Assembly (NCBI GenBank): GCA_963704775.1
Contig: CAVPHR010000003.1
Location: 14,050 to 78,049 of the forward strand
DNA: 64,000 nucleotides
Direction: 5' to 3'
Source: an uncultured Chloroflexia bacterium
GTDB taxonomy: Bacteria; Chloroflexota; Limnocylindria; Limnocylindrales; CSP1-4
Numbering within the stretch: the stretch's first letter is position 1; each line of letters begins with the position of its first letter. Positions 1 through 13,701 of the stretch are shown one piece after another. Under the pieces are notes generated by a model. That model did not search any database. It was given only the letters and a program-made list of their open reading frames with translations, and had not been told where the DNA came from. The position numbers and the translations under genes were made by a program.

Positions 1-1
1 G

Positions 2-700
2 GTGCTGGCCCTCATCGAGGGCGAGCTCAAGCCGGGCGTGTCCACGGCCGAGCTCGATCGCCTGGCCGAGGCGCACATCCGCAAGTCGGGAGCGACCCCG
101 TCGTTCAAGGGCTATCCCGGCCTGAACCCGCGCCGCCCGTTCCCCGCCAGCGTCTGCATCTCGATCGACGACGAGATCGTCCACGGGATCCCGGGCGAAC
201 GGACCATCCGCACCGGACAGATCGTGTCGGTCGACGCCGGGGCGATCGTCGATGGCTGGCATGGTGACGGCGCGCGGACGTTCTACATCGGCGAGCCGCC
301 GGCCGAGGTGGCCGATCTGATCGACACGACCCGGCTCGCGCTCCAGGCCGGCATCGCCGCGGCCGTGCCAGGCCACCACATCGAGGACATCGCGGCCGCC
401 GTCGAGGACGTCGCCACGCCCCGGGGCTACGGCATCGTCCGCCAGTTCGTCGGCCACGGAATCGGGACCGCGATGCACGAGGAGCCCCAGGTGCCCAACT
501 TCCGGACCGGCCGGCCCGGCCGCAAGCTGGAGCCGGGCCTGTGCCTGGCCATCGAGCCGATGTTCACGCTCGGCCGGGCCGAGGCACGGGTCCTCGACGA
601 CGATTGGACCGTCGTGACCCAGGATCGCTCGCTCGCGGCGCACTTCGAGGACTCGATCGCCATCACCGAGCACGGACCCGAGGTCCTGACCTCGCTGTGA
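2..700 (+). CDS. map: Methionine aminopeptidase type I (5' truncated)
   Basis: HGIPG, DGWHGDGART, GHGIG..MHEEP, AIEPM and AHFED motifs; lies upstream of infA. Confidence 0.97.
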   Translation: MLALIEGELKPGVSTAELDRLAEAHIRKSGATPSFKGYPGLNPRRPFPASVCISIDDEIVHGIPGERTIRTGQIVSVDAGAIVDGWHGDGARTFYIGEPPAEVADLIDTTRLALQAGIAAAVPGHHIEDIAAAVEDVATPRGYGIVRQFVGHGIGTAMHEEPQVPNFRTGRPGRKLEPGLCLAIEPMFTLGRAEARVLDDDWTVVTQDRSLAAHFEDSIAITEHGPEVLTSL

Positions 701-805
701 GGGACTCGCGGTTGCCGGGTTCGGGCATCTTTGATACGCTACGCGTTCGTGTGTCGGCCCGGTCGGGCCGACACTGCGCGTGAGAAAAGGGAAGCACGAG
801 GACCT

Positions 806-1024
806 GTGGCCAAGAAAGACGCGATCGAAGTCGAGGGAACGGTCATCGAGCCGCTGCCGAACACGATGTTCGCCGTCGAACTGGAGAATGGCCACCGGGT
901 GCTCGCCCACATCAGCGGCAAGCTGCGGATGAATTTCATCCGGATCCTGCCCGGCGATCGGGTCCGTGTCGAGTTGTCGCCCTACGACCTGACGCGCGGA
1001 CGGATCACCTACCGTCTCAAGTAG
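806..1024 (+). CDS. infA: Translation initiation factor IF-1
   Basis: GTG start after GAGG; [10 protein letters not shown]...[11 protein letters not shown]. Confidence 0.98.
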   Translation: MAKKDAIEVEGTVIEPLPNTMFAVELENGHRVLAHISGKLRMNFIRILPGDRVRVELSPYDLTRGRITYRLK

Positions 1025-1061
1025 CCAACCGACCACTGAACACCATGAGCCCGAGGATCCG

Positions 1062-1175
1062 TTGAAAGTCAGAGCTTCCGTCAAGGCGCGCTGCGACAAC
1101 TGCAAGGTCATCCGTCGCCACGGCACCGTGATGGTCATCTGCACCAATCCCAAGCACAAGCAGCGGCAGGGGTAA
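1062..1175 (+). CDS. rpmJ: 50S ribosomal protein L36 (absent from ORF track)
   Basis: Hand translation from TTG gives [37 protein letters not shown]; zinc ligands CxxC..C..H intact. Confidence 0.97.
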   Translation: MKVRASVKARCDNCKVIRRHGTVMVICTNPKHKQRQG

Positions 1176-1178
1176 CCG

Positions 1179-1550
1179 ATGGCACGCATCGCCGGCGTCG
1201 ACATCCCGCGTGAGAAGCGCGTCGAAGTCGCCCTGACCTACATCTTCGGGATCGGCCTGCCCACCAGCGAGAAGATTCTCGCCCAGACCAACATCAATCC
1301 CGACACGCGGGTTCGCGACCTGACCGAAGAGCAGGTCAACCGGCTCCGCGAGCTCATCGACCGGCGCTACAAGGTGGAGGGCGACCTCCGCCGCGAAGTG
1401 GCGCTGAACATCAAGCGCCTGATCGAGATCGGATCGTACCGGGGCGTTCGCCATCGGCGGAACCTGCCAGTGCGCGGCCAGCGAACCAAGACGAACGCTC
1501 GCCAGCGTCGCGGTCCGAAGAAGACCGTCGGCGTCCGGCGCAAGAAGTGA
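1179..1550 (+). CDS. rpsM: 30S ribosomal protein S13
   Basis: [10 protein letters not shown]...[10 protein letters not shown]. Confidence 0.99.
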   Translation: MARIAGVDIPREKRVEVALTYIFGIGLPTSEKILAQTNINPDTRVRDLTEEQVNRLRELIDRRYKVEGDLRREVALNIKRLIEIGSYRGVRHRRNLPVRGQRTKTNARQRRGPKKTVGVRRKK

Positions 1551-1567
1551 CGAGGGACTGACCAGGC

Positions 1568-1963
1568 ATGGCGGAACGCAAGAAGGCGGTCAAGCAGCGT
1601 CGGCGTGAGAAGAAGAACGTGCCCCAGGGCCACGTCCACATCCAGGCCACGTTCAACAACACGATCATCACGATCACGGACCTCAACGGGGCCGTCATCA
1701 GCTGGGGCTCGGCCGGCGTCGCCGGGTTCAAGGGCTCCCGCAAGAGCACCCCGTACGCGGCCGCCCTTTCGGCCGACGGCGCAGCCCGCCGCGCGATGGA
1801 GCACGGCATGCGCCAGGTCGAGGTCTACGTCAAGGGCCCGGGCGCGGGCCGCGAACAGGCGATCCGCTCGCTCCAGGCCGCCGGCCTCGAGGTCAGCGCC
1901 ATCACTGATGTCACGCCCATCCCGCACAACGGCTGCCGCCCGCCCAAGCGGCGTCGAGTCTAG
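1568..1963 (+). CDS. rpsK: 30S ribosomal protein S11
   Basis: [31 protein letters not shown]. Confidence 0.99.
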   Translation: MAERKKAVKQRRREKKNVPQGHVHIQATFNNTIITITDLNGAVISWGSAGVAGFKGSRKSTPYAAALSADGAARRAMEHGMRQVEVYVKGPGAGREQAIRSLQAAGLEVSAITDVTPIPHNGCRPPKRRRV

Positions 1964-1978
1964 AGCCCCAGAGGACCC

Positions 1979-2605
1979 ATGGCCCGTTACACCGCATCCG
2001 TTTGCCGCCTGTGCCGGCGGGAGGGCGCCAAGCTCTTCCTGAAGGGCACCCGCTGCTATACCAAGAAGTGCGCATTCGAGCGCCGGCCGACACCGCCAGG
2101 CCAGCACGGCGTCCGTCGCCGCAAGGTCGGTGAGTACGGGCTGCAGCTGCGCGAGAAGCAGAAGGTCCGCCGCACGTACGGCGTGCTGGAGCGTCAGTTC
2201 CGCAACTACTTCGTCGACGCGTCCAACCACCCCGGCGTGACCGGCGAGAACCTGCTCCGCTCGCTCGAGACGCGGCTCGACAACGTCGTCTACCGGCTCG
2301 GCTTCGCGACATCGCGCGCTCAGGCCCGCCAGCTCGTCGCCCACGGCCACTTCGCCGTCAACGGCCGCCCGACCAACATCGCCTCGTACCGGATGAAGCC
2401 CGGCGACAAGGTCGAGGTCCGCGAGTCGCACCGGGCCCGCGAGCCATTCAAGATCGCCAAGGAGACGCTCCGGAACCACCAGGCCCCAGAGTGGCTGAGC
2501 ATCGACGCCGCCAACCTGTCCGGAACCGTCGTGACCCCGCCGAACCGCGACCAGATGCCGCTCGACCTCAACGAGCAGCTCGTGGTCGAGTACTACTCGA
2601 GGTAA
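1979..2605 (+). CDS. rpsD: 30S ribosomal protein S4 (zinc-binding type)
   Basis: [35 protein letters not shown]. Confidence 0.99.
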   Translation: MARYTASVCRLCRREGAKLFLKGTRCYTKKCAFERRPTPPGQHGVRRRKVGEYGLQLREKQKVRRTYGVLERQFRNYFVDASNHPGVTGENLLRSLETRLDNVVYRLGFATSRAQARQLVAHGHFAVNGRPTNIASYRMKPGDKVEVRESHRAREPFKIAKETLRNHQAPEWLSIDAANLSGTVVTPPNRDQMPLDLNEQLVVEYYSR

Positions 2606-2615
2606 CAGCACGCTC

Positions 2616-3605
2616 ATGATCGAACTCGAAAACCCGCAGATCGAGCCTGTCGAGGAAGCCGGCACGTACGCCAAGTACGAGGCCGGACCGCTCCAGGCCG
2701 GTTACGGCGTCACCCTTGGCAACGCGCTCCGGCGCGTCCTGCTGTCCTCGCTCGAGGGCGCCGCGGTGACGAGCATCCAGATCCGCGACGTCTACCAGGA
2801 GTTCTCGACGATCCCGGGCGTCAAGGAGGACGTCACCCAGATCGTCCTGAACGTCAAGAAGCTGCGCCTCAAGAGCTACGCGGCGCACCCCGTCCAGCTC
2901 CGCCTCATCAAGAGCGGCGCCGGCGCGGTCACTGCTGCCGACATCGCCGAGTCCGCGGACGTGGAGATCGTCAATCCCGACCTCGTGCTGATGACCCTCG
3001 ACACCGATGACGTGACGATCGAGCTGGACCTGACGGTCGAGCGCGGCGTCGGCTACCTCGGGGCCGAGCGCGCCGAGGCGCTGCCGATCGGCGTCATCGC
3101 CGTCGACGCGATCTTCACGCCGGTCAAGAAGGTCAACTACTGGGTCGAGGGCATGCGGGTCGGTCAGATGACCAACTACGACAAGCTCACGATCGAGATC
3201 GAGACCGACGGCACGATCACCCCGGAGGAGGCCCTGAGCCGCTCCGCGGAGATCCTGGTGAACCAGTTCCGCCCGTTCGTCACGATCGGCATGGCGGCCG
3301 TCCCGGCCGTGGCCGTGACCGGCACCGCGGCCCTGCCCTCGAACATGCTGGACATGCCGATCGAGGAGCTGGACCTGCCGATGCGGGCCTACAACTCGCT
3401 CAAGCGCAACAACATCGTCAAGGTCGGCCAGCTGCTCCAGCTCAAGGACGACGACCTCCTGCGGATGCGCAACTTCGGCAAGAAGTCGCTCGACGAGATG
3501 AAGGAGCGCCTCCGCATGCGCGGCTTCATCGTCCCCGAGACCGAGTCCGATGGGCTCGACGTCGGGGATGGCGAAGAGCCGTTCGACGACGAGGCGGAGG
3601 CCTGA
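2616..3605 (+). CDS. rpoA: RNA polymerase alpha subunit
   Basis: GYGVTLGNALRRVLLSS, IPGVKED, alphaCTD NFGKKSLDE. Confidence 0.99.
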   Translation: MIELENPQIEPVEEAGTYAKYEAGPLQAGYGVTLGNALRRVLLSSLEGAAVTSIQIRDVYQEFSTIPGVKEDVTQIVLNVKKLRLKSYAAHPVQLRLIKSGAGAVTAADIAESADVEIVNPDLVLMTLDTDDVTIELDLTVERGVGYLGAERAEALPIGVIAVDAIFTPVKKVNYWVEGMRVGQMTNYDKLTIEIETDGTITPEEALSRSAEILVNQFRPFVTIGMAAVPAVAVTGTAALPSNMLDMPIEELDLPMRAYNSLKRNNIVKVGQLLQLKDDDLLRMRNFGKKSLDEMKERLRMRGFIVPETESDGLDVGDGEEPFDDEAEA

Positions 3606-3608
3606 CCC

Positions 3609-3962
3609 GTGGCGCACCGGATCGGCGGACGCAAGCTCAGTCGCAAGCAGGGGCCGCGCCTCAGCCTGTACAAGAACCTGACCGTGTCGGTCATCCGCTA
3701 CGAGCGGGTCAAGACCACCGAGGCGAAGGCCAAGGAGATCAGCGGCCGGGTCGAGAAGATGATCACGCTCGCGAAGCGCGGCGATCTCGCCGCTCGGCGG
3801 GCCGTCGTCGCCCAGTTCCCCAACGAGCCGCTCGTCGTGAACAAGCTGTTCGATGAGATCGCACCCAAGTACGCCGACCGAACATCCGGCTACACCCGGA
3901 TCGTCCGCCTCGGCCAGCGCCGCGGCGACGCGGCCGAGATCGTCCAGATCGAACTCGTCTAA
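3609..3962 (+). CDS. rplQ: 50S ribosomal protein L17
   Basis: TTEAKAKE, GYTRIVRLGQRRGDAA. Confidence 0.98.
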   Translation: MAHRIGGRKLSRKQGPRLSLYKNLTVSVIRYERVKTTEAKAKEISGRVEKMITLAKRGDLAARRAVVAQFPNEPLVVNKLFDEIAPKYADRTSGYTRIVRLGQRRGDAAEIVQIELV

Positions 3963-3990
3963 CCGACGACCCACACACGGCCGAGAGACC

Positions 3991-4761
3991 GTGCCCGTTC
4001 GCTACCGCGCCCGGGTCGAATATGACGGAACGGACTTCGCCGGTTTCCAGGTCAACCCTGGCAAGCGGACGGTCCAGGGGGTCCTGGAGGACGCGCTGCG
4101 GCGCCTCGGCAACGAGGCGGCTGAGCGGGTCGACGGGGCCGGACGGACGGATGCCGGAGCGCACGCCGAGGGGCAGGTCATCACCTTCTCCTACGACGGG
4201 CCACTGACGGCGGCACGACTGGGCAAGGCGCTCGATGCGCTTCTCCCGAGCGACGTCGCCATCGCGGATCTGCGCCGGACGACCGCGAACTTCCACCCCC
4301 GGCACGCGGCGCGGTATCGGGAGTACCGCTACACCGTCTGGAACGGGCCGCGCAGCCCGCTTCGCGAGCGAACGGCGCTCGGGGTGCGGGACCCGCTCGA
4401 CATCGCCGCGATGGCGGACGTCGCTTCGGTCTTCATCGGCCGGCACGACTTCAGCGCTCTCGGGGCGACGGACCGCTCACCGGTCCGGACCGTCATGTCG
4501 GTCCGGGTCCGGCGCAACGGCCGGGTCGTGACGATCGATGTTCGCGCCGACGCCTTCCTGCGAGGGATGGTCCGGCGGATGGTGGCCCTCCTCGTGGAGG
4601 CGGGCCTCGGCAAGATGGACGCAGCAGCGGTCCGCACGGCGATGGTCGCCGGTGGACCAGCCCTCTCGGGGGCAGCGGCCCCCGCAAAGGGGCTCTGCCT
4701 CCGGCGCGTCGCCTTCGGGCGACGGTCGGGCGAACCGAATGGAGAACACGAGGAACGATGA
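3991..4761 (+). CDS. truA: tRNA pseudouridine(38-40) synthase
   Basis: [35 protein letters not shown]; GTG start at 3991. Confidence 0.96.
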   Translation: MPVRYRARVEYDGTDFAGFQVNPGKRTVQGVLEDALRRLGNEAAERVDGAGRTDAGAHAEGQVITFSYDGPLTAARLGKALDALLPSDVAIADLRRTTANFHPRHAARYREYRYTVWNGPRSPLRERTALGVRDPLDIAAMADVASVFIGRHDFSALGATDRSPVRTVMSVRVRRNGRVVTIDVRADAFLRGMVRRMVALLVEAGLGKMDAAAVRTAMVAGGPALSGAAAPAKGLCLRRVAFGRRSGEPNGEHEER

Positions 4762-5189
4762 ACGCCAAGACCATCGCGGTCCGGGAAAGCGAGATCGAGC
4801 GACAGTGGTTCGTCGTCGACGCGACGGATGAGACGCTGGGCCGCCTCGCGTCGCGGATCGCCCGCGTTCTCGAGGGCAAGCACAAGCCCACGTACCAGCC
4901 CAACCTCGATTCGGGCGACCACGTGATCGTGCTCAACGCCGCGCGCATCGCCGTCACCAGCGACAAGCTCGAGTCCAAGCTGTACATCCGCCACAGCGGC
5001 TATCCCGCCGGCTTCAAGCAGGAGACCCTCGGGCACCTGCTCGCCCGGCGACCGGAGGAGGTCATCCGGCGCGCCGTGAAGGGGATGCTGCCGCACACGA
5101 CCCTCGGCGCCCAGCAGCTTCGCAAGCTCAAGGTCTACGCCGGATCCGATCACCCGCATCAGGCCCAGCGGCCTGAGCCGCTCGCCTGA
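4758..5189 (+). CDS. rplM: 50S ribosomal protein L13
   Basis: [32 protein letters not shown]. Confidence 0.99.
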   Translation: MNAKTIAVRESEIERQWFVVDATDETLGRLASRIARVLEGKHKPTYQPNLDSGDHVIVLNAARIAVTSDKLESKLYIRHSGYPAGFKQETLGHLLARRPEEVIRRAVKGMLPHTTLGAQQLRKLKVYAGSDHPHQAQRPEPLA

Positions 5190-5206
5190 CGAGGAGCCCG
5201 AACCGC

Positions 5207-5605
5207 ATGTCGACACCAGCCTTCTTCTCCGGGACCGGCCGTCGCAAGACGGCGATCGCCCGCGTCCGGCTCCTGCCGGGCGAGGGTGAGATCGTGGTCA
5301 ACGGCCGCACGCTCGAGGAGCACTTCGGCAACGCGATCAACGAGGCGGACGTGCGCATGCCGTTCCGGGTGACCGGCACGGAGGGCCGCTTCAACGCGCT
5401 CATCAAGGTCGAGGGCGGCGGCGTGACCGGCCAGGCCGGGGCGATCCGCCACGGCATCGCCCGGGCGCTGCTCGAGCTCGACCCCGACGGCAACCGCCTG
5501 CCGCTCCGCCAGGCTGGCCTCCTGACGCGTGATCCGCGCATGAAGGAACGGAAGAAGTACGGCCTCAAGAGGGCGCGCAAGGCCCCGCAGTACACCAAGC
5601 GTTAG
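5207..5605 (+). CDS. rpsI: 30S ribosomal protein S9
   Basis: [31 protein letters not shown]. Confidence 0.99.
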   Translation: MSTPAFFSGTGRRKTAIARVRLLPGEGEIVVNGRTLEEHFGNAINEADVRMPFRVTGTEGRFNALIKVEGGGVTGQAGAIRHGIARALLELDPDGNRLPLRQAGLLTRDPRMKERKKYGLKRARKAPQYTKR

Positions 5606-5615
5606 TCGCGCACGG

Positions 5616-6573
5616 ATGAGCGCCAGCTCCCTGCGGGGGCGGGATCTGCTCAGCGTCGCGGATCTGTCGGCGGCGGAGGTCGGGCGTGTCTTCGCCAGGA
5701 CGTCCGCGCTCAAGGCCGAGTACCAGGCCAGTCGGCGGCACGCCGATCGGCCGCTCGCGGACCGGACGCTCGCGATGCTCTTCCAGAAGCCCAGCCTGCG
5801 GACGCGGGTGACGTTCGAGGCCGGGATGGTCCAGCTCGGCGGCCATGCCATCTACCTGACGCACGACGCCGTCCTTGGGGCGCGCGAGAGCGTGCGCGAC
5901 GTTGCCCGCAACCTCGAGCGCTATGTCGACGGCATCGTCGTCCGAACCGGACCGCACGAGGTCATCGAGGAGCTGGCGGCGCACGCCGACGTCCCGGTCA
6001 TCAACGGCCTGAGCCTGCATGAACACCCGTGCCAGGCGCTCGCCGACGCCTTCACGATCCAGGAGGCGGTCGGGCCGCTCCCGGGTCGCGTCGTGGCGTT
6101 CGTCGGCGACGGCAACAACGTCTACCACTCGCTCGCGCTCGTCGGTGCCGCGCTCGGGATGGAGATCCGGCTCGCGCACCCGCCCGGCTACGCGCCGAAC
6201 GAGCGGATCGTGGCCCGGGCGCGAGGAGCTCGCCGCCGCGTCCGGCGGGCGCCTCGTCTTCGGGCAGGACCCGACCGAGGTCGTCCGCGGCGCGGCGGTC
6301 GTCTACACAGACGCGTGGACGTCGATGGGCCAGGAGGCCGAGACCGAGGCGCGCCGCGACGCCTTCGCCGCGTACCGTGTCGATCAGGCGCTGCTCGACG
6401 CGGCCGGCCCCGACGCCGTGGTCATGCACTGCCTGCCCGCCCATCGTGGCGAGGAGATCACCTCCGAGGTGATGGACGGACCGCGTAGTCTGATCTTCGA
6501 CCAGTCCGAGAACCGCCTGCACGTCCAGAAGGCGCTGCTCGTGGAGCTGCTGGCAGGAGAGGACGCCCCGTGA
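5616..6573 (+). CDS. argF: Ornithine carbamoyltransferase (frameshift near 6220)
   Basis: KPSLRTR, HPCQALAD, GDGNNV in one frame; DAWTSMGQE, MHCLPAHRGEE, QSENRLH in the next. Confidence 0.93.
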
Positions 6574-7520
6574 GCGAAGCGCTCTACGAACGCTACAAGG
6601 ATGCCCTCCGGCGAGGGCATGCGGCCTCGCTGCGGGGTCGGTTCGACGAGGCCATCGCCGCATACGCCGAGGCCGCCTCGATCGCCCCGGACCGGGCCAT
6701 GCCGCAGGCGAGTCTGGCGGGCGTGCTCGCCCGGACCGGCCGGATCAGCGAGGCCCTCGCCGCCTACGAGGTCGCGCTCTCCCGGGCTCCCGAGGACGAG
6801 GCCTCGTTGCGCGGCCGGGCGGAGATGCTCGCCATCACCGGGCGGCGCGTCGACGCCGCGGAGACGCTCGATCGGCTCTCGGCCGTGCTCGATCGCGACG
6901 GGCGCCTGCTCGAGGCGACCGATGCCGCCCGTCGAGCGCTGGAGTTGGCCGAGTCACGCGGCCGCCGCGAGGGCGTGGCTGCGTTCGTGATCCGCCTGCA
7001 GGAGGCCGGCGTCGACCCGGCGTCCGAGGCGCTCAGCCGGGCGCTCGGCACGCTCGAAGGCCCAGCGACGGCCGGCGGCGTCCCCGGCGTCCTGCCAGCC
7101 GGCGCCGGCACCGCGTCATCCTCGTTCGTCGAACAGAAGCGGGACCCTCGCCGCTCGGTGATGTCGGCGGCGGCCGTGTTGACCGCGGCGGCGGAGACCG
7201 CGCTCGACGGCGGCGACCAGGATGAGGCCCGGCGGTGCTACCTGGAGGCCGCGGCGGCCCAGCGCTCGATCGGCAACCTGCATGCCGCGATGGACTCGAT
7301 CTACCAGGCCCTGGCCGTCTCGCCTGCGGCCGGTGACGTCCACCTGAGCCTGACCGAGCTGTACCTCGATCGCGGCTGGCGCACCCCGGCTGCCGACAAG
7401 CTCGTCCTGCTCGGCCGCCTGGTCGACCTCGCCGGCGACGACCTCACGCGGGCGCGGCTGTGCACGATGGCCGCCGATCGCTTCCCCGACGACACCCGGC
7501 TGGCGGCCCTCTGCACCTGA
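6570..7520 (+). CDS. Tetratricopeptide-repeat protein
   Basis: Repeated helical motifs (GRFDEAIAAY, GRISEALAAY, GNLHAAMDSIYQAL); GTGA overlap with argF. Confidence 0.8.
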   Translation: MSEALYERYKDALRRGHAASLRGRFDEAIAAYAEAASIAPDRAMPQASLAGVLARTGRISEALAAYEVALSRAPEDEASLRGRAEMLAITGRRVDAAETLDRLSAVLDRDGRLLEATDAARRALELAESRGRREGVAAFVIRLQEAGVDPASEALSRALGTLEGPATAGGVPGVLPAGAGTASSSFVEQKRDPRRSVMSAAAVLTAAAETALDGGDQDEARRCYLEAAAAQRSIGNLHAAMDSIYQALAVSPAAGDVHLSLTELYLDRGWRTPAADKLVLLGRLVDLAGDDLTRARLCTMAADRFPDDTRLAALCT

Positions 7521-7572
7521 TGCCCGACCTGGTCGCGACCGCGGCAGTGGGGGCGGCCGGGCAGGAGCCCGA

Positions 7573-7581
7573 TGCTACACT
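7573..7581 (+). promoter_or_regulatory. Extended -10 promoter (TGcTACACT) for cdaA
   Basis: Ends 9 nt before the ATG at 7591. Confidence 0.55.
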
Positions 7582-7590
7582 CGCGGGACG

Positions 7591-8542
7591 ATGGAGTTCC
7601 TGAGGTCGATCCTCGATCAGGTCACGTGGAACGCGGTCATCGACATCGGGATCACGGCCCTCCTGATCTACTGGCTCTTCAGCCTGATCCGCGGGACGCG
7701 CGCCGTCCGGCTCGTCATCGGGGTCAGCGTGCTCATCGTCGTCTACGCGATGGCGGTCGCGTTCAACCTCGTCCTCCTGACCCGCATCCTGCAGGGCGGA
7801 GCGGTCGTCGGCCTGTTCGCGCTCGTCGTGGTCTTCCAGCCCGAGCTTCGACGGGCGCTGGAGCGGATCGGCCGCGTCGGGTCGTTCGCCTGGCTCCTCT
7901 CGCCGGCCGAGATCGCGCGCCTCGAACCATGTCGCGATCGAGGTGGCGCGAGCCGCCTCGGTGATGTCCGCCGAGGGGGTCGGGGCGCTCATCGTCATCG
8001 AACGTGAGACCGGCCTCGAGGAGGTCGCCGAGACCGGCGTGATGGTCCACGGCGACCTGTCCGCCGACCTGCTGCTGACCATCTTCGCGCCGCGGACCGC
8101 CCTTCACGACGGGGCCGTCATCATCCGTGACGACGCGATCCTGGCGGCCGGGGCGCTGCTGCCCCTCGCCGAGACCACGATCCACACCGAGCGCTTCGGG
8201 ACCCGCCATCGGGCCGCCCTCGGCATCGCCGAGCAGACCGACGCGATCGTCGTGGTCGTCTCGGAAGAGAACGGCCAGATCAGCCTCGTCGAGCGGAGCC
8301 GGATCGTCCGCAACCTCAACGAGGCGCAGCTTGCCACCGCGGTCCGCAACCTCCTCGACCCGACCGGCAGTCGCGGCGCCTTCGGCTGGCGCCCCTCAGG
8401 CCCGAGCGGCCCCGGCGGACGGGCGCCACGCCTCGGCGACCTCGGGCGCATGATGCGGCGCTCCAAGCCGGTCGCGCCGCCGCCGCGCACGACGCCCGAC
8501 GAGGAACCGCCCACGAAGGCGGCCGCACAGGCACCGCGGTGA
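7591..8542 (+). CDS. cdaA: Diadenylate cyclase CdaA (frameshift near 7925)
   Basis: Three N-terminal TM helices, VFQPELRRALE, LHDGA and GTRHRAA catalytic motifs, VSEENG. Confidence 0.94.
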
Positions 8543-9811
8543 CCCGACTCTACAGGCTGATCGTCCACAACTGGCCCCTCAAGCTCGCCGCGATCGGACT
8601 GGCGACCCTCCTCTACGGCGGCCTCGTGCTGTCGGAGAGCGCCTCGACGCTGCAGGTCAACATCCCGATCGAGCCCGTCGGCCAACCAGAGGACACGTTC
8701 ATCCTCCAGGCCATCCCGCCCGTGACCGAGGTCCGCTACGTGTCCCCATCGGGCGCCAGGGCGATCAGCTCGACCTTCACGGCGACCGTCGACCTGTCCG
8801 GCATCGAGCCGGGGTCCGGGCCGAAGTCGGTGCCCGTCGTCGTGCAGTCCATCGACGACCGGATCAACGTCATCGACTTCACCCCCGACGTCGTCACGGT
8901 CCAGCTCGACGAGCTCAAGACCAAGAAGGTCCCGGTGACCGTCGACTACGGCACGGTCCCCGACGGCCTGGATATCGGCACGCCCACGGTATCGCCGACG
9001 GAGGTCGACGTGTCCGGGCCCGCCTCGGTCGTCGCGAACGTCGTCGCCGTGCGGGCCTCACCGGTCATCCAGACCTCCGGTCTCGAGCATCGACCAGTCG
9101 CTCGCCGCTGACGGCCATCGATCGCCTGGGCGATGCGGTGAGCCCGGTGAAGGTCGAGCCCGACAGCGCCCGTGTGAAGATCCTGGTCTTCCCGACCGGC
9201 GAGCTCGCGGTCCGTCGTCGGTCGACCCCGTCGTCACGGGCGACCCGGCAGCCGGGTTCGAGGTTGCGACCGTCACCGTCGATCCGCTGACCGTGACCGT
9301 CCAGGGCGACGCCGAGCGCCTGGCCGCGCTCCAGTCGATCGACACGCAACCCGTCTCGGTCTCGGGCGCGTCGTCCACCGTGGACATGACCGTCGGACTC
9401 GACCCGCCCGACGGCGTCTCGCCGGTCGCGGCCGACCACGGTCGACGTCACCGTGACGTTCCGGCCGGTCACGTCCACCCGCAACTTCGAGGTCGGGCTA
9501 CCGCCTCGTCGGTGCCGACATCGACCTGCGCTACGCGGTGCCCGTCGATCGGGTGCTCGATCGTCGTCGGCGGGTCGAAGGCCGACCTCGACAGTCTCGA
9601 CGGCTCGACCCTCGTCGCGGACCTCGACGTCAGCGACCTCGACCCGGGCACGACGAACGTGGACGTGACGGTCGACCTCCCGCCGGGTCTGACGCTCGTC
9701 TCGGCCAACCCGGCCACGATCCCGGTGACGGTGACCGCACCACCCCCGCCGTCGCCATCGCCGTCGGCGGCCCCCAGCCTGGCCTCGCCCTCCGCGTCCC
9801 CGGCCGGCTGA
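8539..9811 (+). CDS. cdaR: CdaR/YbbR-domain protein (several frameshifts)
   Basis: HNWPLKLAAIGLA anchor, repeated YbbR beta domains (VSPTEVDVSGPAS, VTVQGD), Pro/Ser tail; between cdaA and glmM. Confidence 0.85.
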
Positions 9812-9818
9812 GCCGTCG

Positions 9819-11154
9819 ATGGCCCGCCTGTTCGGCACCGACGGCATCCGTGGCGTCGCGAACGTCGATCTGAAGCCGACGCTCGGCCTACGCCCTCGGC
9901 CGAGCGACCGCGCATCGCCTCGTGGGTCCTGGCAGGTCGCTGGTCGTCGGCCAGGACACGCGGCGCTCGGGCGACATGTTCGTGGCCGCGGTCGCGGCCG
10001 GGGCCGACCAGCCTCGGGGCCGACGTCCATCAGGTCGGGGTCGTGCCCACGCCCGCGCTCGCGTTCCTTGCCGGGAGCGGCCGGTTCGCGGCCGGGATCA
10101 TGGTCTCGGCCTCGCACAACCCGGCCGACGACAACGGGCTCAAGGTGCTCGACGGCGACGGCCTCAAGCTCGACGATTCGGTCGAGGACGAGCTCGAGCA
10201 GCTGATCTGGCGCTCGGACGACCTCGGCGGCGCGACGAACACCGGCCTCGGGCGGATCGTCGTCAGCCACGACCTGGTCGACGACTACCGGCGCCACCGG
10301 CTCGCGCTCGCGGAGAGCGTCCGGGCGACCGGCATCGCGCCTCGTGCTCGACGGCGCGAACGGCTCGGGCGCCGTCCTCGGCTCCGAGATCCTGCGGGCG
10401 ACCGGCGCCGCGGTCGATGTCATCCACGCCGAGCCCGACGGCGTCAATATCAATCTCGGGTGCGGCGCCACCGACCCGGCCTCGCTCGCCGAGGCGGTCG
10501 TCGCCCGGGGCGCCGACGTCGGGTTCGCGCTCGACGGCGACGCCGACCGGCTGATCGCGATCGACGCGAACGGCGAGGTGGTCGACGGGGATCACGTCCT
10601 GGGCATCCTCGCGCTCGATCGGCTCGGTCGCGGCGCCCTGCCGGGCGGCGGTCGTCGTCTCGGTCCTCTCGAACGGGGGGCTGCAGTCGGTCGTCGAGGC
10701 GGCCGGCGGCCAGGTCGTCCGCACGCCGGTCGGCGACAAGTACATCCTCGAGGGCATGCAGGTCTCGGGCGCCCGGCTGGGCGGCGAGAAGAGCGGCCAC
10801 GTCATCGACCTCGACCACACCACCACCGGCGACGGCATCGTGACCGCGATGGAGGTCCTGCGGGTGATGGCCTCGAGCGGACGCGGCCTGGCCGCGCTCG
10901 CCGCCGACATCCCGATGCTGCCCCAGCAACAGCGCGCCGTGGAGGCGCGTCACAAGGACCAGTGGGAGGCGGACCGGATCCTCCAGGCGGCCATCGCCGA
11001 GGCATCGGGCCGGCTCGGCCCGACCGGTCGGGTCATCGTCCGGCCGTCCGGCACGGAGCCCGCGTTGCGGGTCATGGTCGAGGGCCCGGACGCGGATCTC
11101 GTGACCGAACTGGCCGACTCGCTCGCGAGGGTCGCGGGAGAGCGACTAAACTAG
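9819..11154 (+). CDS. glmM: Phosphoglucosamine mutase (frameshifted)
   Basis: LFGTDGIRG, SASHNP, DGDADR, GGEKSGH, VRPSGTEP spread over several frames. Confidence 0.95.
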
Positions 11155-11228
11155 CTTCGGTGCCCACCCATCGGAGTACCGATGCCGATCCGCCCGACGC
11201 GGCGCCGGCGAACGGAGGATCTGACGGC

Positions 11229-13061
<1,833 letters not shown>

Positions 13062-13065
13062 CGCG

Positions 13066-13701
13066 ATGGCGGCCGGCGATCCGACCGACCCGCAGCCGCC
13101 GCCGTTCGCGGGGGTCCCGTCGGGCACGACCGAGCTCGGCATCGACATCATCAAGGTCGACCGCATCCGGGCCACGCTGGCGAAGTTCGGGCCCCGGTTC
13201 TCGGGCCGCGTCCTGACCCCGGCCGAGCAGCGGTACGTGCGCGACCGGCCCGAGACGTTCGCCGGGCGCTGGGCCGCCAAGGAGGCCGTATCGAAGGTCC
13301 TGGGTCTCGGCGTCCGCGGCATCGGCTGGCGTGACATCGAGGTCGTGCGACTGCCGACGGGCCAGCCTCGATCAAGCTCCACGGCCGGGCGGCGGCCCGC
13401 GCGGACCAGCTCGGGATGGGCCGGATCGCGGTCTCGATCACGCACGAATCCGACTATGCGGTCGCGATCGCCTTCGGCATCCGCACGGCAGGCGGCACGG
13501 TACGTCTTCCCGCCGGACATCGAGGACCGCCTCGATGACCGCGAGCGCCGGATCCTGGCCCGGATCGAGCGGCTGCGCGACCTCGCCGATTCGTCCGGCG
13601 CCGGGGCGCTCGCCTCCGACGCCCCGCGGCCGGCGGACGAGGTCGTGGTGGCCGCCGGTCGGACGACCATGTCGGACGACGTGGAGCCGGCCGGTGACTG
13701 A
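13066..13701 (+). CDS. acpS: Holo-ACP synthase with C-terminal extension (compensating frameshifts)
   Basis: GIDII, FAGRWAAKEAVSK, GIGWRDIEV; VSITHESDYAVA read in another frame. Confidence 0.9.
   Translation: MAAGDPTDPQPPPFAGVPSGTTELGIDIIKVDRIRATLAKFGPRFSGRVLTPAEQRYVRDRPETFAGRWAAKEAVSKVLGLGVRGIGWRDIEVVRLPTGQPRSSSTAGRRPARTSSGWAGSRSRSRTNPTMRSRSPSASARQAARYVFPPDIEDRLDDRERRILARIERLRDLADSSGAGALASDAPRPADEVVVAAGRTTMSDDVEPAGD

Noticed and set aside
11155-11228. Possible glmS ribozyme upstream of glmS
   Set aside because: Only 74 nt available and no recognisable conserved ribozyme core
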